From an uncultured Clostridia bacterium (GTDB lineage Bacteria; Bacillota; Clostridia; TANB77; CAG-465): a stretch of DNA of 56,360 nt. The stretch spans positions 1 through 56,360 of the forward strand of contig CALXBS010000005.1 of NCBI GenBank assembly GCA_944386605.1, written 5' to 3'. This document shows, one piece after another, positions 47,944-56,360 of the stretch (positions are counted from its first letter, which is position 1; every line of letters starts with the position of its first letter). Below the pieces are notes generated by a model that saw only the letters and a list, made by a program, of their open reading frames with translations, was not told where the DNA came from and did not search any database. A program made the position numbers and the translations under genes.

Positions 47944-49968
47944 GTGAAGAAAAAAACAAAGAGAGTTTTCATTTGTCTGATTGCAATTATTTTGGTGATA
48001 GGAGTTATTGTTTTTTCCATTTGGTTTACGAAAAAACAAGATTTAGAAAAGGCACAAAATTGTTTGATAGAATATATGAATTTATTAAATGCAAAAGAGT
48101 ATGATAAGTTATATGAAAAAATTAGTGCTGAAAGCAAGACAAAAATATCTTATGAAGATTTTGTGGCAAGAAATGAAAATATTTATGAAGGAATAGAGTT
48201 ACTACAGGTTGCAACGAGTATCCAAGAGACGGAAAAGATAGAGACTAATTATCATATTTTGTTTGATCAAGTTTTAGAAACTTCAAATGGAAATATTGAG
48301 TTTCATAATGATGTCTATCTGGTAAAACAAGATAAAGAGTATAAAATGGTGTGGGATAGTCATATAATTTATCCTAATTTAAAGGATACCGATAAAGTAA
48401 GAGTGTCTTCTCTTTCTGCTACTAGGGGAAATATTTATGATCGTAATGGCAATTTATTAGCAGGAAAAGGGAAGGTGTATTCAGCTGGATTTGTTCCAGG
48501 AAAGATGAATGAAGAGGCAGAACAAGATATTATAAAAGTAGCAGAGCTTTTAGATATGAGTAAAGAGAATATAGAGAACTTGTTAAGTGCTTCTTATGTA
48601 AAGGAAGATACTTTTGTGGAATTAAAGAAATTTTCTTTGGAAGAAGAAAGTTTAGTGGATCAGTTATTAGAAGTAAAAGGAATTAAAATTATTGAAAAAG
48701 AAGCAAGAGTGTATCCATATAAAGAAGCGACTTCTCATTTGTTAGGATACGTACAAGGGATTAGTAAAGAGGAACTGGAAAATCATGCAGGGGAAGGTTA
48801 TAATAAGACTAGTGTGATAGGAAAAACTGGAATTGAAAGAAGCTATGAAAGTACTTTAAGAGGAATCGATGGTTTTGAAATTTATATTTTAGATGAGGAA
48901 GGAAACAAAAAAGAAACTTTACTCAAACAGGATTTAAAAAACGGGGAAGATATTACACTTACTATTGACGCTAATTTACAAAAATCGATTTATGATCGTT
49001 TTTGTTCTCAAAGAGGATTTTTCTTAGTAATGAATCCTACAAGTGGTGAAATGCTTGCGATGATTAGTACTCCTGCTTATGATTCAAATGATTTTGTAAA
49101 TGGAATTTCTTCTAATGAGTGGAATCGTTTAAATGAGGATCCGGCAAAACCTTTATACAATCGTTATCTTGCTAGTTGGTGTCCTGGTTCTACTTTTAAA
49201 GTAGTAACGGCTTTAATTGGATTAGATACAGGAAAGATTGATCCTAATGAAGATTATGGTCATAGTGGATACCGTTATCAAAAGGATAGTAGCTGGGGTG
49301 ATTATTGGGTTACAACGTTACAAGAGTATTTTACACCTGCTATTTTACAAAATGCTTTAAAATATTCGGATAATATTTATTTTGCTAAAGCAGGAATGAA
49401 TATTGGTGCTGAAACATTAACAGGTAAACTAAAAGAAATTGGATTTGGTGAGAGTATGCCATTTGAGCAAAGTTTAACTGCTTCTAGTTTTTCAGCGGAT
49501 AATCAAACTATTGAAGGAGAAATTAAATTAGCAGATAGTGCTTATGGTCAAGGGGATATTTTGGTAAATCCGCTTCATATGGCTTCTATTTATTCTTCTC
49601 TTGTAAATGAAGGGAATATGATTTTGCCATATGTGCTTTATGAAGAAGGAAAAGAGCCAAGTTATTTTAAAGAAAATGTATTTCGTAAAGAGACTGCTCA
49701 GATGATAAAAGAAGATTTAATTCAAGTGGTAGAAGGATATGACGCAACAGCTCATGGATTAAAAACGGAAGGAATTACCATTGGTGCGAAAACAGGAACA
49801 GCAGAGTTAAAAAGTGCTAAAGATACGCAAGCAGAAGAGCTTAGTTGGTTAAATGCTTTTACAGCAGATGGAAATGTAGACAAAAATTATTTAGTGATTA
49901 GTATGAGAGAGGATGATAAACAAGAATATTTTTCTTTATTCCCAATTGTAAAATCTATATTTGAATAG
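47944..49968 (+). CDS. Class B penicillin-binding protein with a MecA_N-like domain (PBP2a/PBP5/PbpC subclass)
   Basis: TM anchor, NTF2-like N-terminal region, RG.IYDRNG, R.YP, GK.G.E; SxxK = GSTFK, SxN = SDNIYF, KTG = KTGTAE. Confidence 0.88.
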   Translation: MKKKTKRVFICLIAIILVIGVIVFSIWFTKKQDLEKAQNCLIEYMNLLNAKEYDKLYEKISAESKTKISYEDFVARNENIYEGIELLQVATSIQETEKIETNYHILFDQVLETSNGNIEFHNDVYLVKQDKEYKMVWDSHIIYPNLKDTDKVRVSSLSATRGNIYDRNGNLLAGKGKVYSAGFVPGKMNEEAEQDIIKVAELLDMSKENIENLLSASYVKEDTFVELKKFSLEEESLVDQLLEVKGIKIIEKEARVYPYKEATSHLLGYVQGISKEELENHAGEGYNKTSVIGKTGIERSYESTLRGIDGFEIYILDEEGNKKETLLKQDLKNGEDITLTIDANLQKSIYDRFCSQRGFFLVMNPTSGEMLAMISTPAYDSNDFVNGISSNEWNRLNEDPAKPLYNRYLASWCPGSTFKVVTALIGLDTGKIDPNEDYGHSGYRYQKDSSWGDYWVTTLQEYFTPAILQNALKYSDNIYFAKAGMNIGAETLTGKLKEIGFGESMPFEQSLTASSFSADNQTIEGEIKLADSAYGQGDILVNPLHMASIYSSLVNEGNMILPYVLYEEGKEPSYFKENVFRKETAQMIKEDLIQVVEGYDATAHGLKTEGITIGAKTGTAELKSAKDTQAEELSWLNAFTADGNVDKNYLVISMREDDKQEYFSLFPIVKSIFE

Positions 49969-50053
49969 CGGTTGATTTTACATAAAAAAGATGATATAAT
50001 AGAAAAAGTTAATAATATTTTTTTATACTAAATAATATAAAGGAGAAAAGTGA

Positions 50054-50812
50054 ATGGAACAGTTAGTGGAAAATTTTTTGGCGAATGGGCGGAGTGAGCA
50101 GACATTTATGCAAATGTACTTATCTTATGTGAAGACACGTTATTTAGACTATTTGCAGTTAGAGACGTTAGAAGAGTTTAAAAGTTTTCTAAGCAGTAAT
50201 TTTGATGAGGAGACAGTTAAAGAGGCACTTGAATCATTAAAGCACTTTTATCAGTATTTGATTAAAAGTGGGAAAATAGATAAAAAAAGCTTCTCATCAA
50301 GAGTGTTTTCGCAAAATTTAACGGTTGGCCCTATTAGTATTTTTGCTTTTTGTGATAGTGTAGGTAAGCTAACAAATCATTTAATTAAAAGAATCCGTGA
50401 AAAAGAATTTAGAAATAATGAATTATTTTTGTTACGGGATCTTTCGATTATTTATTTGTTGCTAGATACAGATCTAACTTTTTACGAGATTTCAAAGTTA
50501 ACTTCTGGTAATTTGCGATTTAGAGATGGATATCTTAAGTTTCAGGGAGATAAGCAACAAACGCTTATTGTAAAACTTGCAAAAAGAGATATTACCGCAT
50601 TAGAAAATTACTTGGAGATGTATGAGAAAAGTGAGGGAAGAACAAGCTATCTGTTATTTTTTGGAAGACAATCCGATGTTTATCAGGAAACACTTTTTAA
50701 TCGGAATTTAAAAGAATATTCTAAAAATTTCGGGATTACTACGAGTGTAAATGCTAGTCAGATCAGAAAAGTGGGACAGTTTTTAAGAGGATATAAGATT
50801 GAATTAGAGTAA
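50054..50812 (+). CDS. Degenerate tyrosine-recombinase (XerC/D-like) fold protein lacking the catalytic residues
   Basis: SLKHFYQYL and RDLSIIYLLLDTDLTFYEI.KL (compare RD.A...LL..TG.R..E...L). The HxLRH box reads ASQIRK, and the ORF ends before the catalytic Tyr region. Own promoter at 49972-50000. Confidence 0.6.
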   Translation: MEQLVENFLANGRSEQTFMQMYLSYVKTRYLDYLQLETLEEFKSFLSSNFDEETVKEALESLKHFYQYLIKSGKIDKKSFSSRVFSQNLTVGPISIFAFCDSVGKLTNHLIKRIREKEFRNNELFLLRDLSIIYLLLDTDLTFYEISKLTSGNLRFRDGYLKFQGDKQQTLIVKLAKRDITALENYLEMYEKSEGRTSYLLFFGRQSDVYQETLFNRNLKEYSKNFGITTSVNASQIRKVGQFLRGYKIELE

Positions 50813-50861
50813 AAAAAAGAGGAGACTTAACTTGTAAAAGCAAGGAGAGTCTACTTTCTTT

Positions 50862-51536
50862 TTAATCATTTTTTTTGCATAGAGAAGAAATCGGACAATG
50901 GTCACATTGGGGTCTTCTAGCAATACAAATAGCACGACCGTGATAAACAAGGATATGATTTAAACGATACCAATAACTTTTGGGGAAAATTTTCATTAAA
51001 TCTTGTTCGATTTTTTCAGGTGTAGGACTATTAGATAGCCCTATTTTTCTTGCTATTCTAGTAACATGAGTATCTACTGCAATTCCTACAGTATGATGAA
51101 AACATTCTTGTAAAATAATGTTAGCAGATTTTCTTCCAATTCCTTTTAGTTGTTGTAAGTCTTCCATAGAGTCAGGTACTTTTCCTGCAAATTTTTCATT
51201 CACTATACAAGCACTTTGTTTAATAGAAGAAGCTTTATTTTTGAAAAAGCCACAAGGCTTGATAATTTGCTCTATTTCCTCAATAGGTGCATTTGCAATT
51301 TGCTCTACTGTAGGGAATTTTTGAAATAAAAGAGGAACAATTTGATTGACTCTTTCATCTGTGCATTGTGCGGCAAGAATTAAAGCAACTACTAGTTCAA
51401 AAGGAGAAGTAAAGTCTAAGCTACATTTTGCGTCTTGATAGGTTTCATTTAGTTTTTCATAAGCTAAAATTGCATTTTTCTTTGTTATTTTCTTATAAGT
51501 TTTGTTTTCCAAATTTATCACCATTTTTTTATCCAT
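50862..51536 (-). CDS. nth: Endonuclease III
   Basis: PFEL.VA.IL.AQCTD.RVN, HhH L.GIGRKSAN, AVDTHV.R and the CxxxxxxCxxCxxxxxC Fe-S motif. Exact start uncertain (51524 or 51536). Confidence 0.95.
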   Translation of the reverse strand: MDKKMVINLENKTYKKITKKNAILAYEKLNETYQDAKCSLDFTSPFELVVALILAAQCTDERVNQIVPLLFQKFPTVEQIANAPIEEIEQIIKPCGFFKNKASSIKQSACIVNEKFAGKVPDSMEDLQQLKGIGRKSANIILQECFHHTVGIAVDTHVTRIARKIGLSNSPTPEKIEQDLMKIFPKSYWYRLNHILVYHGRAICIARRPQCDHCPISSLCKKND

Positions 51537-51597
51537 TTCATAATATATATTAGACATTTTATAACAAATTTTAAATTTTGTCAAAAGGGGGAGAAAA

Positions 51598-51750
51598 ATG
51601 ATAAAAAGTGGTTTTAGAAAAACGATTGGTTTGTTTTGCTTTGCATTAGGATTAGGTGTATTTTTAAGTATAGTACTTCCCCTATGGGGCTGGATTGGAA
51701 TTGTAGCAATTGCTATTGCTATTTTTGGAATATCATGGCTCTTTTGTTAA
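51598..51750 (+). CDS. Small two-TM hypothetical protein (50 aa; not in the ORF track)
   Basis: RBS AAGGGGGAG; MIKSGFRKTIGLFCFALGLGVFLSIVLPLWGWIGIVAIAIAIFGISWLFC; its stop abuts the RBS of the next ORF. Confidence 0.7.
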   Translation: MIKSGFRKTIGLFCFALGLGVFLSIVLPLWGWIGIVAIAIAIFGISWLFC

Positions 51751-51760
51751 AGGAGGAATT

Positions 51761-51832
51761 ATGATGAAAATAGTAGTTTATCAACCTGGAAAATTTATGA
51801 GAATGTTACTAAAGACTATTTTTAAAATATAA
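51761..51832 (+). CDS. spoVM: SpoVM-family amphipathic sporulation peptide (23 aa; not in the ORF track)
   Basis: RBS AAGGAGG; MMKIVVYQPGKFMRMLLKTIFKI has the SpoVM pattern (MK-hydrophobic-P-KF-amphipathic helix). It lies near rpmB, as spoVM does in Bacillus subtilis. Confidence 0.7.
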   Translation: MMKIVVYQPGKFMRMLLKTIFKI

Positions 51833-51923
51833 CGAAAAATAGAAAGTTGCGAGTTGTTTTTTACAACTTGCTTTTTTACTTGCAATTTGCAAAATATAGT
51901 ATATAATTATAATAGGTGACAAT

Positions 51924-53090
51924 ATGAAGAAAGAATATGGTTTGGTTCTTGCAGGTGGCGGAACAAAAGGTGCTTATGAAGTAGGTGCATGGAAGGCTTT
52001 AAAAGAAATGAATATTCCAATTACTTGTATTACAGGTGCGTCCATTGGTGCTATTAATGCGGCTTTAATTATTCAAGATGATTTTGAAAAATTATTACAT
52101 ATTTACAAGACAATTGGAGCGGATAATATTGTACGTGTTAAAAAGAAATTAAAGGATCGTACCAATATTTTAAGTGTTAAAAATGCCATTACTTTAACAA
52201 AAGAGTATATTAAAACAAAAGGATTTGATAATGAACCACTTCGTAAGATGATGGAAGAATATTTAGATATTGATAAAATTTATGATTCCAATATTGATTT
52301 AGGAATGACAAGTTATTCTTTAAAGACAAAGACTGCTTTGGAAGTGTTTAAAGAGGATATTCCAAAAGATCAGTTTATTGATTATTTACTTGCTACTGCA
52401 TGTTTTCCAATTTATAAAGGGCAGGAAATTAACGAAGATTTGTTTTTTGATGGAGGATTTTACGATAATATCCCAATCAATATGCAGGTGAAGAAGGGGT
52501 ATAAAAATATTATTGTCATTGATATATCCTATGAGGGAATTCAAAGAAAACTTTTAAAAAAGAATGTTTATTTAAAAATCATTCGTCCTACAGAAAATCT
52601 TGGTGGAATTTTTGATTTTGATAAGGAAAGAATGAAAAAGAATATGACCATGGGATATTTGGATACTTTAAAAGCTTTCCATCAGTTACAAGGACATACT
52701 TATTACTTTACTGCAAAAGAATTTGATAAATTGTTAAATATCTTTAATTTAAATACCATTTATGGTTTAGAATATGCAGCTAGAATTTATCAGATTGAAA
52801 AATATAAAATTTATACGGCAGAAGAATTTTTAAGTCTACTTTTGAAAAAGCATGAAGCAATGGATGAAAAATATAAAAGGATTAGTCAAAAATTTAATTT
52901 TAAAAGAATTATTAGTCAGTATAAATTAGTGTTGCATACTATTAATAAAGGATTTGGGTTGTGCTTTTTTATGGATATGTTATCTTCTGAACCTAAGTTT
53001 AGAAATAATTTAATATTGAAAAAATTTTTCTCAGATTATATTGTGGCAACTGATGCTATGAATGAGTTAAAAAATTATAAAGAGGTATAA
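51924..53090 (+). CDS. Patatin-like phospholipase
   Basis: LVLAGGGTKGAY, GASIG nucleophile elbow and DGG. Confidence 0.9.
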   Translation: MKKEYGLVLAGGGTKGAYEVGAWKALKEMNIPITCITGASIGAINAALIIQDDFEKLLHIYKTIGADNIVRVKKKLKDRTNILSVKNAITLTKEYIKTKGFDNEPLRKMMEEYLDIDKIYDSNIDLGMTSYSLKTKTALEVFKEDIPKDQFIDYLLATACFPIYKGQEINEDLFFDGGFYDNIPINMQVKKGYKNIIVIDISYEGIQRKLLKKNVYLKIIRPTENLGGIFDFDKERMKKNMTMGYLDTLKAFHQLQGHTYYFTAKEFDKLLNIFNLNTIYGLEYAARIYQIEKYKIYTAEEFLSLLLKKHEAMDEKYKRISQKFNFKRIISQYKLVLHTINKGFGLCFFMDMLSSEPKFRNNLILKKFFSDYIVATDAMNELKNYKEV

Positions 53091-53094
53091 AGAA

Positions 53095-53135
53095 AAAATA
53101 GTCTAACTGGAGATAAACTCCCATTAGACTATTTA
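53095..53135. terminator. Bidirectional terminator
   Basis: AAAATAGTCTAA-CTGGAG...CTCCCA-TTAGACTATTTT between the convergent patatin and rpmB genes. Confidence 0.7.
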
Positions 53136-53324
53136 TTATATTGCTCTTTGAACTTTTCCACTCTTTAAACATCTTGTACATACGTGCATTTTTTTAGTAT
53201 TACCGTTATCATTTACTCTTACTAATTGAACGTTTGGTTTAAAAGTTCTAGCTGTTCTTCTGTGTGAGTGACTTACTTGAAGTGAAAATTTAACTTCTTT
53301 ATCACAAATTTCGCATTTTGCCAT
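53136..53324 (-). CDS. rpmB: 50S ribosomal protein L28
   Basis: MAKCEIC...VSHSHRRT.R.FKPNVQ...VCTRCLKSGKV. Confidence 0.97.
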   Translation of the reverse strand: MAKCEICDKEVKFSLQVSHSHRRTARTFKPNVQLVRVNDNGNTKKMHVCTRCLKSGKVQRAI

Positions 53325-53461
53325 CTTAAACCCTCCTTTTTTTCTTAGATAAGTTAATTACTCATATATTTTAACACATATCCTTGAAATAATCAAGCAG
53401 AATCAAAAAGTTTTCAAAAAAAGTAAGAAAAGAAAAAGCAGAGCCTTTTCTTTTCAAAGTC

Positions 53462-54895
53462 TTATTTTATTTTTTGGATAGTTCCTGTAATACTTTCGTT
53501 AGGGAATCCACCACTTAGAACAATTGTATCTCCTGTATTTAATAATCCTTTTGCTTTTAATTCTTCTAATCCTTTTTGAAGTAAAGCTTCAATGTTATTT
53601 TCTCCTTCAACTATAATAGCAGTAATGCTTTGTTCTAATGCTACTTGTCTATATGTTTTTTGATTGTTTGTAATTACATAAATTGGGCAAGCTGGTCTAA
53701 AGCTTGATAGTAGAGAAGGGGTAATACCATTTTCTGAAACAGCAATAATTGCGTCTGCGTTAGCAAACATTGCAGTACAACAAACTGAGAAGTTAGCTTG
53801 TTTTTTAAGTGCCATTTCGTCATCTTCTGTAATTCCAGTATTACTTTCAAGATTTGTTTTTCTAAATCTTCCCCAGTAATTAATATCTTTTTCTGTAGCT
53901 TCTACAATTTTAGCCATTGTTTTTACACAATTTAATGGATAATCTCCTTGTGCTGATTCACCAGAAAGCATAACTGCACTTGTTCCATCATAAACAGCAT
54001 TTGCTACGTCTGAAACTTCTGCTCTTGTTGGTCTTGGATTTTTTTGCATTGATTCTAACATTTGTGTAGCAGTAATAACTGGTTTTCCTGCTGCCATACA
54101 TTTTTTAATCATCATTTTTTGTGCAGCTGGTACAGCTTCTTCTGGGATTTCAACTCCTAAATCACCACGTGCAACCATGATACCATCTGTTACTTTTAAA
54201 ATTTCATCAAAGTTATCTAAACCTTCTTGATTTTCAATTTTAGAAATAATTTTAATAGAGGTATTTCCAAGAGAAGCTAAGTATTCTTTCATATCTATAA
54301 CATCTTGTGGTTTTCTAATAAATGAAGCAGCGATAAAATCAAAATCATTTTCTACTGCAAATTTTAAATCTGCTTTGTCTTTTTCAGTCATAGCAGTTAA
54401 TTGTAATTTCGCACCTGGAACATTGATTCCTCTTCTTCCTTTTAATAGTCCGCTATTTTGAAGAGTACATTCGATTTCTGTTCCATTGATATTGTCTACA
54501 ATTACATCAATTAATCCGTCATCAATAAGGATATGAGATCCAACATGAACATCATTTGGAAGTCCAGCATATGTTACTGCTAAAGTATTGTCATCTCCTA
54601 AAATATCTCTTGTTGTAAGAGTAAGCTTGTTTCCTTTTGTGAATTGATGTTTTTCACCATCAGCAAAATCAGTTGTTCTGATTTCAGGTCCTTTTGTATC
54701 TAGCATGAAAGCTACATTAGTTCCTAATTCTTGATTGATTTCTCTTAATGTTAAAACTTTTGCTAGATGTTCTGCATGATCACCATGTGAAAAATTAAGT
54801 CTCATTACGTTCATACCAGATTTTATAAGTTCGGTAAGTACTTCTTTTTTTTCACTTGCTGGTCCAATAGTACAAACTATTTTTGTCTTTTTCAT
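53462..54895 (-). CDS. pyk: Pyruvate kinase
   Basis: KKTKIVCTIGPAS, RLNFSHG, LDTKGPEIRT, KIEN.EG, MVARGDLGVE, ATQMLESM..NPRPTRAE.SDVANA and MLSGESA.G. ATG 54895 behind AGGAGAG. Confidence 0.97.
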   Translation of the reverse strand: MKKTKIVCTIGPASEKKEVLTELIKSGMNVMRLNFSHGDHAEHLAKVLTLREINQELGTNVAFMLDTKGPEIRTTDFADGEKHQFTKGNKLTLTTRDILGDDNTLAVTYAGLPNDVHVGSHILIDDGLIDVIVDNINGTEIECTLQNSGLLKGRRGINVPGAKLQLTAMTEKDKADLKFAVENDFDFIAASFIRKPQDVIDMKEYLASLGNTSIKIISKIENQEGLDNFDEILKVTDGIMVARGDLGVEIPEEAVPAAQKMMIKKCMAAGKPVITATQMLESMQKNPRPTRAEVSDVANAVYDGTSAVMLSGESAQGDYPLNCVKTMAKIVEATEKDINYWGRFRKTNLESNTGITEDDEMALKKQANFSVCCTAMFANADAIIAVSENGITPSLLSSFRPACPIYVITNNQKTYRQVALEQSITAIIVEGENNIEALLQKGLEELKAKGLLNTGDTIVLSGGFPNESITGTIQKIK

Positions 54896-55146
54896 AATTT
54901 CATCTCTCCTTAAAATAATATATCTCATATACAAAAGTATATCTACTATGTATATTTTGCCTAATGCACTTATTAGTATACATTTAAAGAGCTAAAAAGT
55001 CAACAAATTTAGTCTAAAAATGTAAAAAACTTAAAAAAATATAGAATAGCATAATGGATATATATCTTTATTTTAACAAATTTAAGTTGACATATAATCC
55101 ATACTAATATATAATATGTGAAAAAATAGAAAAGGAGATAAGTTTT

Positions 55147-55623
55147 ATGATTAAAGACTTAGGAAGTAATTATGAAGGTTTTTTTATTCGGAAAATCGGC
55201 GAAGGTTTTTCAGAAGTTCCAGAAGGTTTTATTCTTGACGAAAAAGAAGGTACAAAAGTATTATTGTTTCCTGGAAGGTATAAAAATTTTAGAATTTGTA
55301 CAGATCATTCCATTGGCTCTGTAGCAATTTATGTTTCTAAATGCTGGGATAAGATGTTTTTAGAAGGAGGTAGTGGAATTTGCAAAGGATATGAAGGAGA
55401 TAGTTATCTAAGACTTTTTTATTTACCTGTAGAAGATACTTTTATAGCAGAGATAGACGGTATGATAACGGCGGTAATTCCAGAGGGAAAAACGCTTTAT
55501 ATCGGTATAGATAAAGATCATTTGCTCCACATCGAAAATATACGTGACAGATTAAAATTTACGGGAAGTAGAGATATACTGGATGAAGAAACGAATCAGG
55601 TGATTTTAAGTAATTTAGATTAA
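55147..55623 (+). CDS. Hypothetical protein (158 aa)
   Basis: RBS AAGGAG; promoter TTGACA-17-TATAAT at 55087-55115; terminator at 55630-55663. Confidence 0.75.
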   Translation: MIKDLGSNYEGFFIRKIGEGFSEVPEGFILDEKEGTKVLLFPGRYKNFRICTDHSIGSVAIYVSKCWDKMFLEGGSGICKGYEGDSYLRLFYLPVEDTFIAEIDGMITAVIPEGKTLYIGIDKDHLLHIENIRDRLKFTGSRDILDEETNQVILSNLD

Positions 55624-55629
55624 AGAGAC

Positions 55630-55663
55630 AAAGGCTCATAACAAGTTGTTATGGGTCTTTTTT
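55630..55663 (+). terminator. Rho-independent terminator
   Basis: AAAGGCTCATAAC-AAGTT-GTTATGGGTCTTTTTT. Confidence 0.75.
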
Positions 55664-55775
55664 CTACCTTATTGCAAAACAAAAACAAAAATGGTAGTAT
55701 GCAGTTGTCATAGAAATATTGCTAAAAAAAGCAAAAGTTTATGTTAACAAAAAACTTTAAAAGTGTGATTACACT

Positions 55776-55800
55776 ACACACACACACACACACACACACA
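55776..55800. repeat. (AC)12 dinucleotide microsatellite
   Basis: ACACACACACACACACACACACACA, between a promoter (TTGCAA-17-TAGTAT, starting at 55672) and the RBS of the last gene. Confidence 0.95.
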
Positions 55801-55840
55801 ACATAGTTTTAAAAACATGAAAAAAGAAGGAGGAAAGTAT

Positions 55841-56360
55841 ATGGAAGAGCAAGGAAAGATAAAGAAAAAGCGAAAAATATCGTTAATTACAGTATTTTTA
55901 TGGTTATTTTTGATTGTAATAATGTCAATTATCACAATAGGAAGTATACGAAATCAAAATGCAATAGAAAATTCAGTAGATAAAGTAACCATAAAATTAG
56001 ATATGAGCCAAATTGATGATGAAATTTTGGAAGTATATGCTTCTAAAATAGAAAATAGTAAATTTATAGAAATAAAAAATCCAAAAGTAAAGTTCTTAGG
56101 AAAAGAAGATAAAATCTATGTTTATGAATTAGAAAAAGTACCAACAGAAGATATAAAGTTATATATGATGTATTTTGACTATTATGAAAATGGAAATTTA
56201 TTACAGAGTGAAATTCGATATGGAGAATTTGCATATTATAAAGAAATAAAAGTAGAAGAATTACAGCCTGAGTATTTATTTGAAGTAAGAGGAGAAAAAT
56301 TAGAAGTTAATATACAAAATGTATTCCAAGGTGACTATCCATTAGAAATTATTCCTTATA
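55841..56360 (+). CDS. Membrane-anchored or secreted protein, 3'-partial (not in the ORF track)
   Basis: RBS AGGAGG; MEEQGKIKKKRK followed by a hydrophobic helix; the frame stays open to the window end. Confidence 0.8.
   Translation, partial: MEEQGKIKKKRKISLITVFLWLFLIVIMSIITIGSIRNQNAIENSVDKVTIKLDMSQIDDEILEVYASKIENSKFIEIKNPKVKFLGKEDKIYVYELEKVPTEDIKLYMMYFDYYENGNLLQSEIRYGEFAYYKEIKVEELQPEYLFEVRGEKLEVNIQNVFQGDYPLEIIPY

Noticed and set aside
47944..49968. Calling this gene mecA or an acquired resistance gene
   Set aside because: Only subclass-level motifs are visible; there are no mec regulators or mobile context.
50054..50812. Calling this gene xerC/xerD or an active integrase
   Set aside because: The catalytic Arg, His and Tyr positions are absent or truncated.
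241..51324. Short opposite-strand ORFs in the track (e.g. 241-465, 4770-5051, 8077-8523, 11062-11349, 18712-18942, 19429-19761, 29862-30098, 33442-33705, 39386-39742, 47452-47757, 51118-51324)
   Set aside because: They lie antisense within well-supported genes, lack RBSs and show no motifs; they are shadow ORFs.
1..56360. CRISPR array
   Set aside because: No series of equal-length repeats with unique spacers; the repeats seen are coding (Cna-B), a microsatellite or isolated hairpins.

Overview
AT-rich chromosomal window from a low-GC, spore-forming Clostridia-like Firmicute (spoIIE and a SpoVM-family peptide are present; the lineage is an inference). The backbone is shuffled housekeeping DNA: scpB, addB, dnaE, rpsO, asnS, aspS, gpsA, a split glmU, rmuC, nth, rpmB, pyk and tRNA-Leu(TAG). 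Envelope genes include a Cna-B repeat surface protein, an M23 peptidase, a FemAB-family transferase and a PBP2a-like class B PBP, and there is a VTC/DUF4956/Cthe_2159 triad. The most striking element is a stand-alone single-module NRPS (C-A-T-R, 40670-44848). Its hand-read adenylation code is the classic Asn code DLTKIGEVGK, and it is translationally coupled by an ATGA overlap to an orphan multi-TM histidine kinase. This is a candidate N-acyl-asparagine-aldehyde signal synthase/receptor pair. Other notable items: a 2-kb islet bracketed by a directly repeated hairpin and filled with gene remnants (Fic, HAD, Bro-N) around an intact YhcG gene; several self-contained orphan genes with consensus promoters, some GC-richer; three apparent pseudoenzymes; an AT-hook protein upstream of spoIIE; and an (AC)12 tract ahead of the last gene. 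No CRISPR array, rRNA or intact mobile element is visible. All family calls come from motifs recognised by eye, not from database searches.
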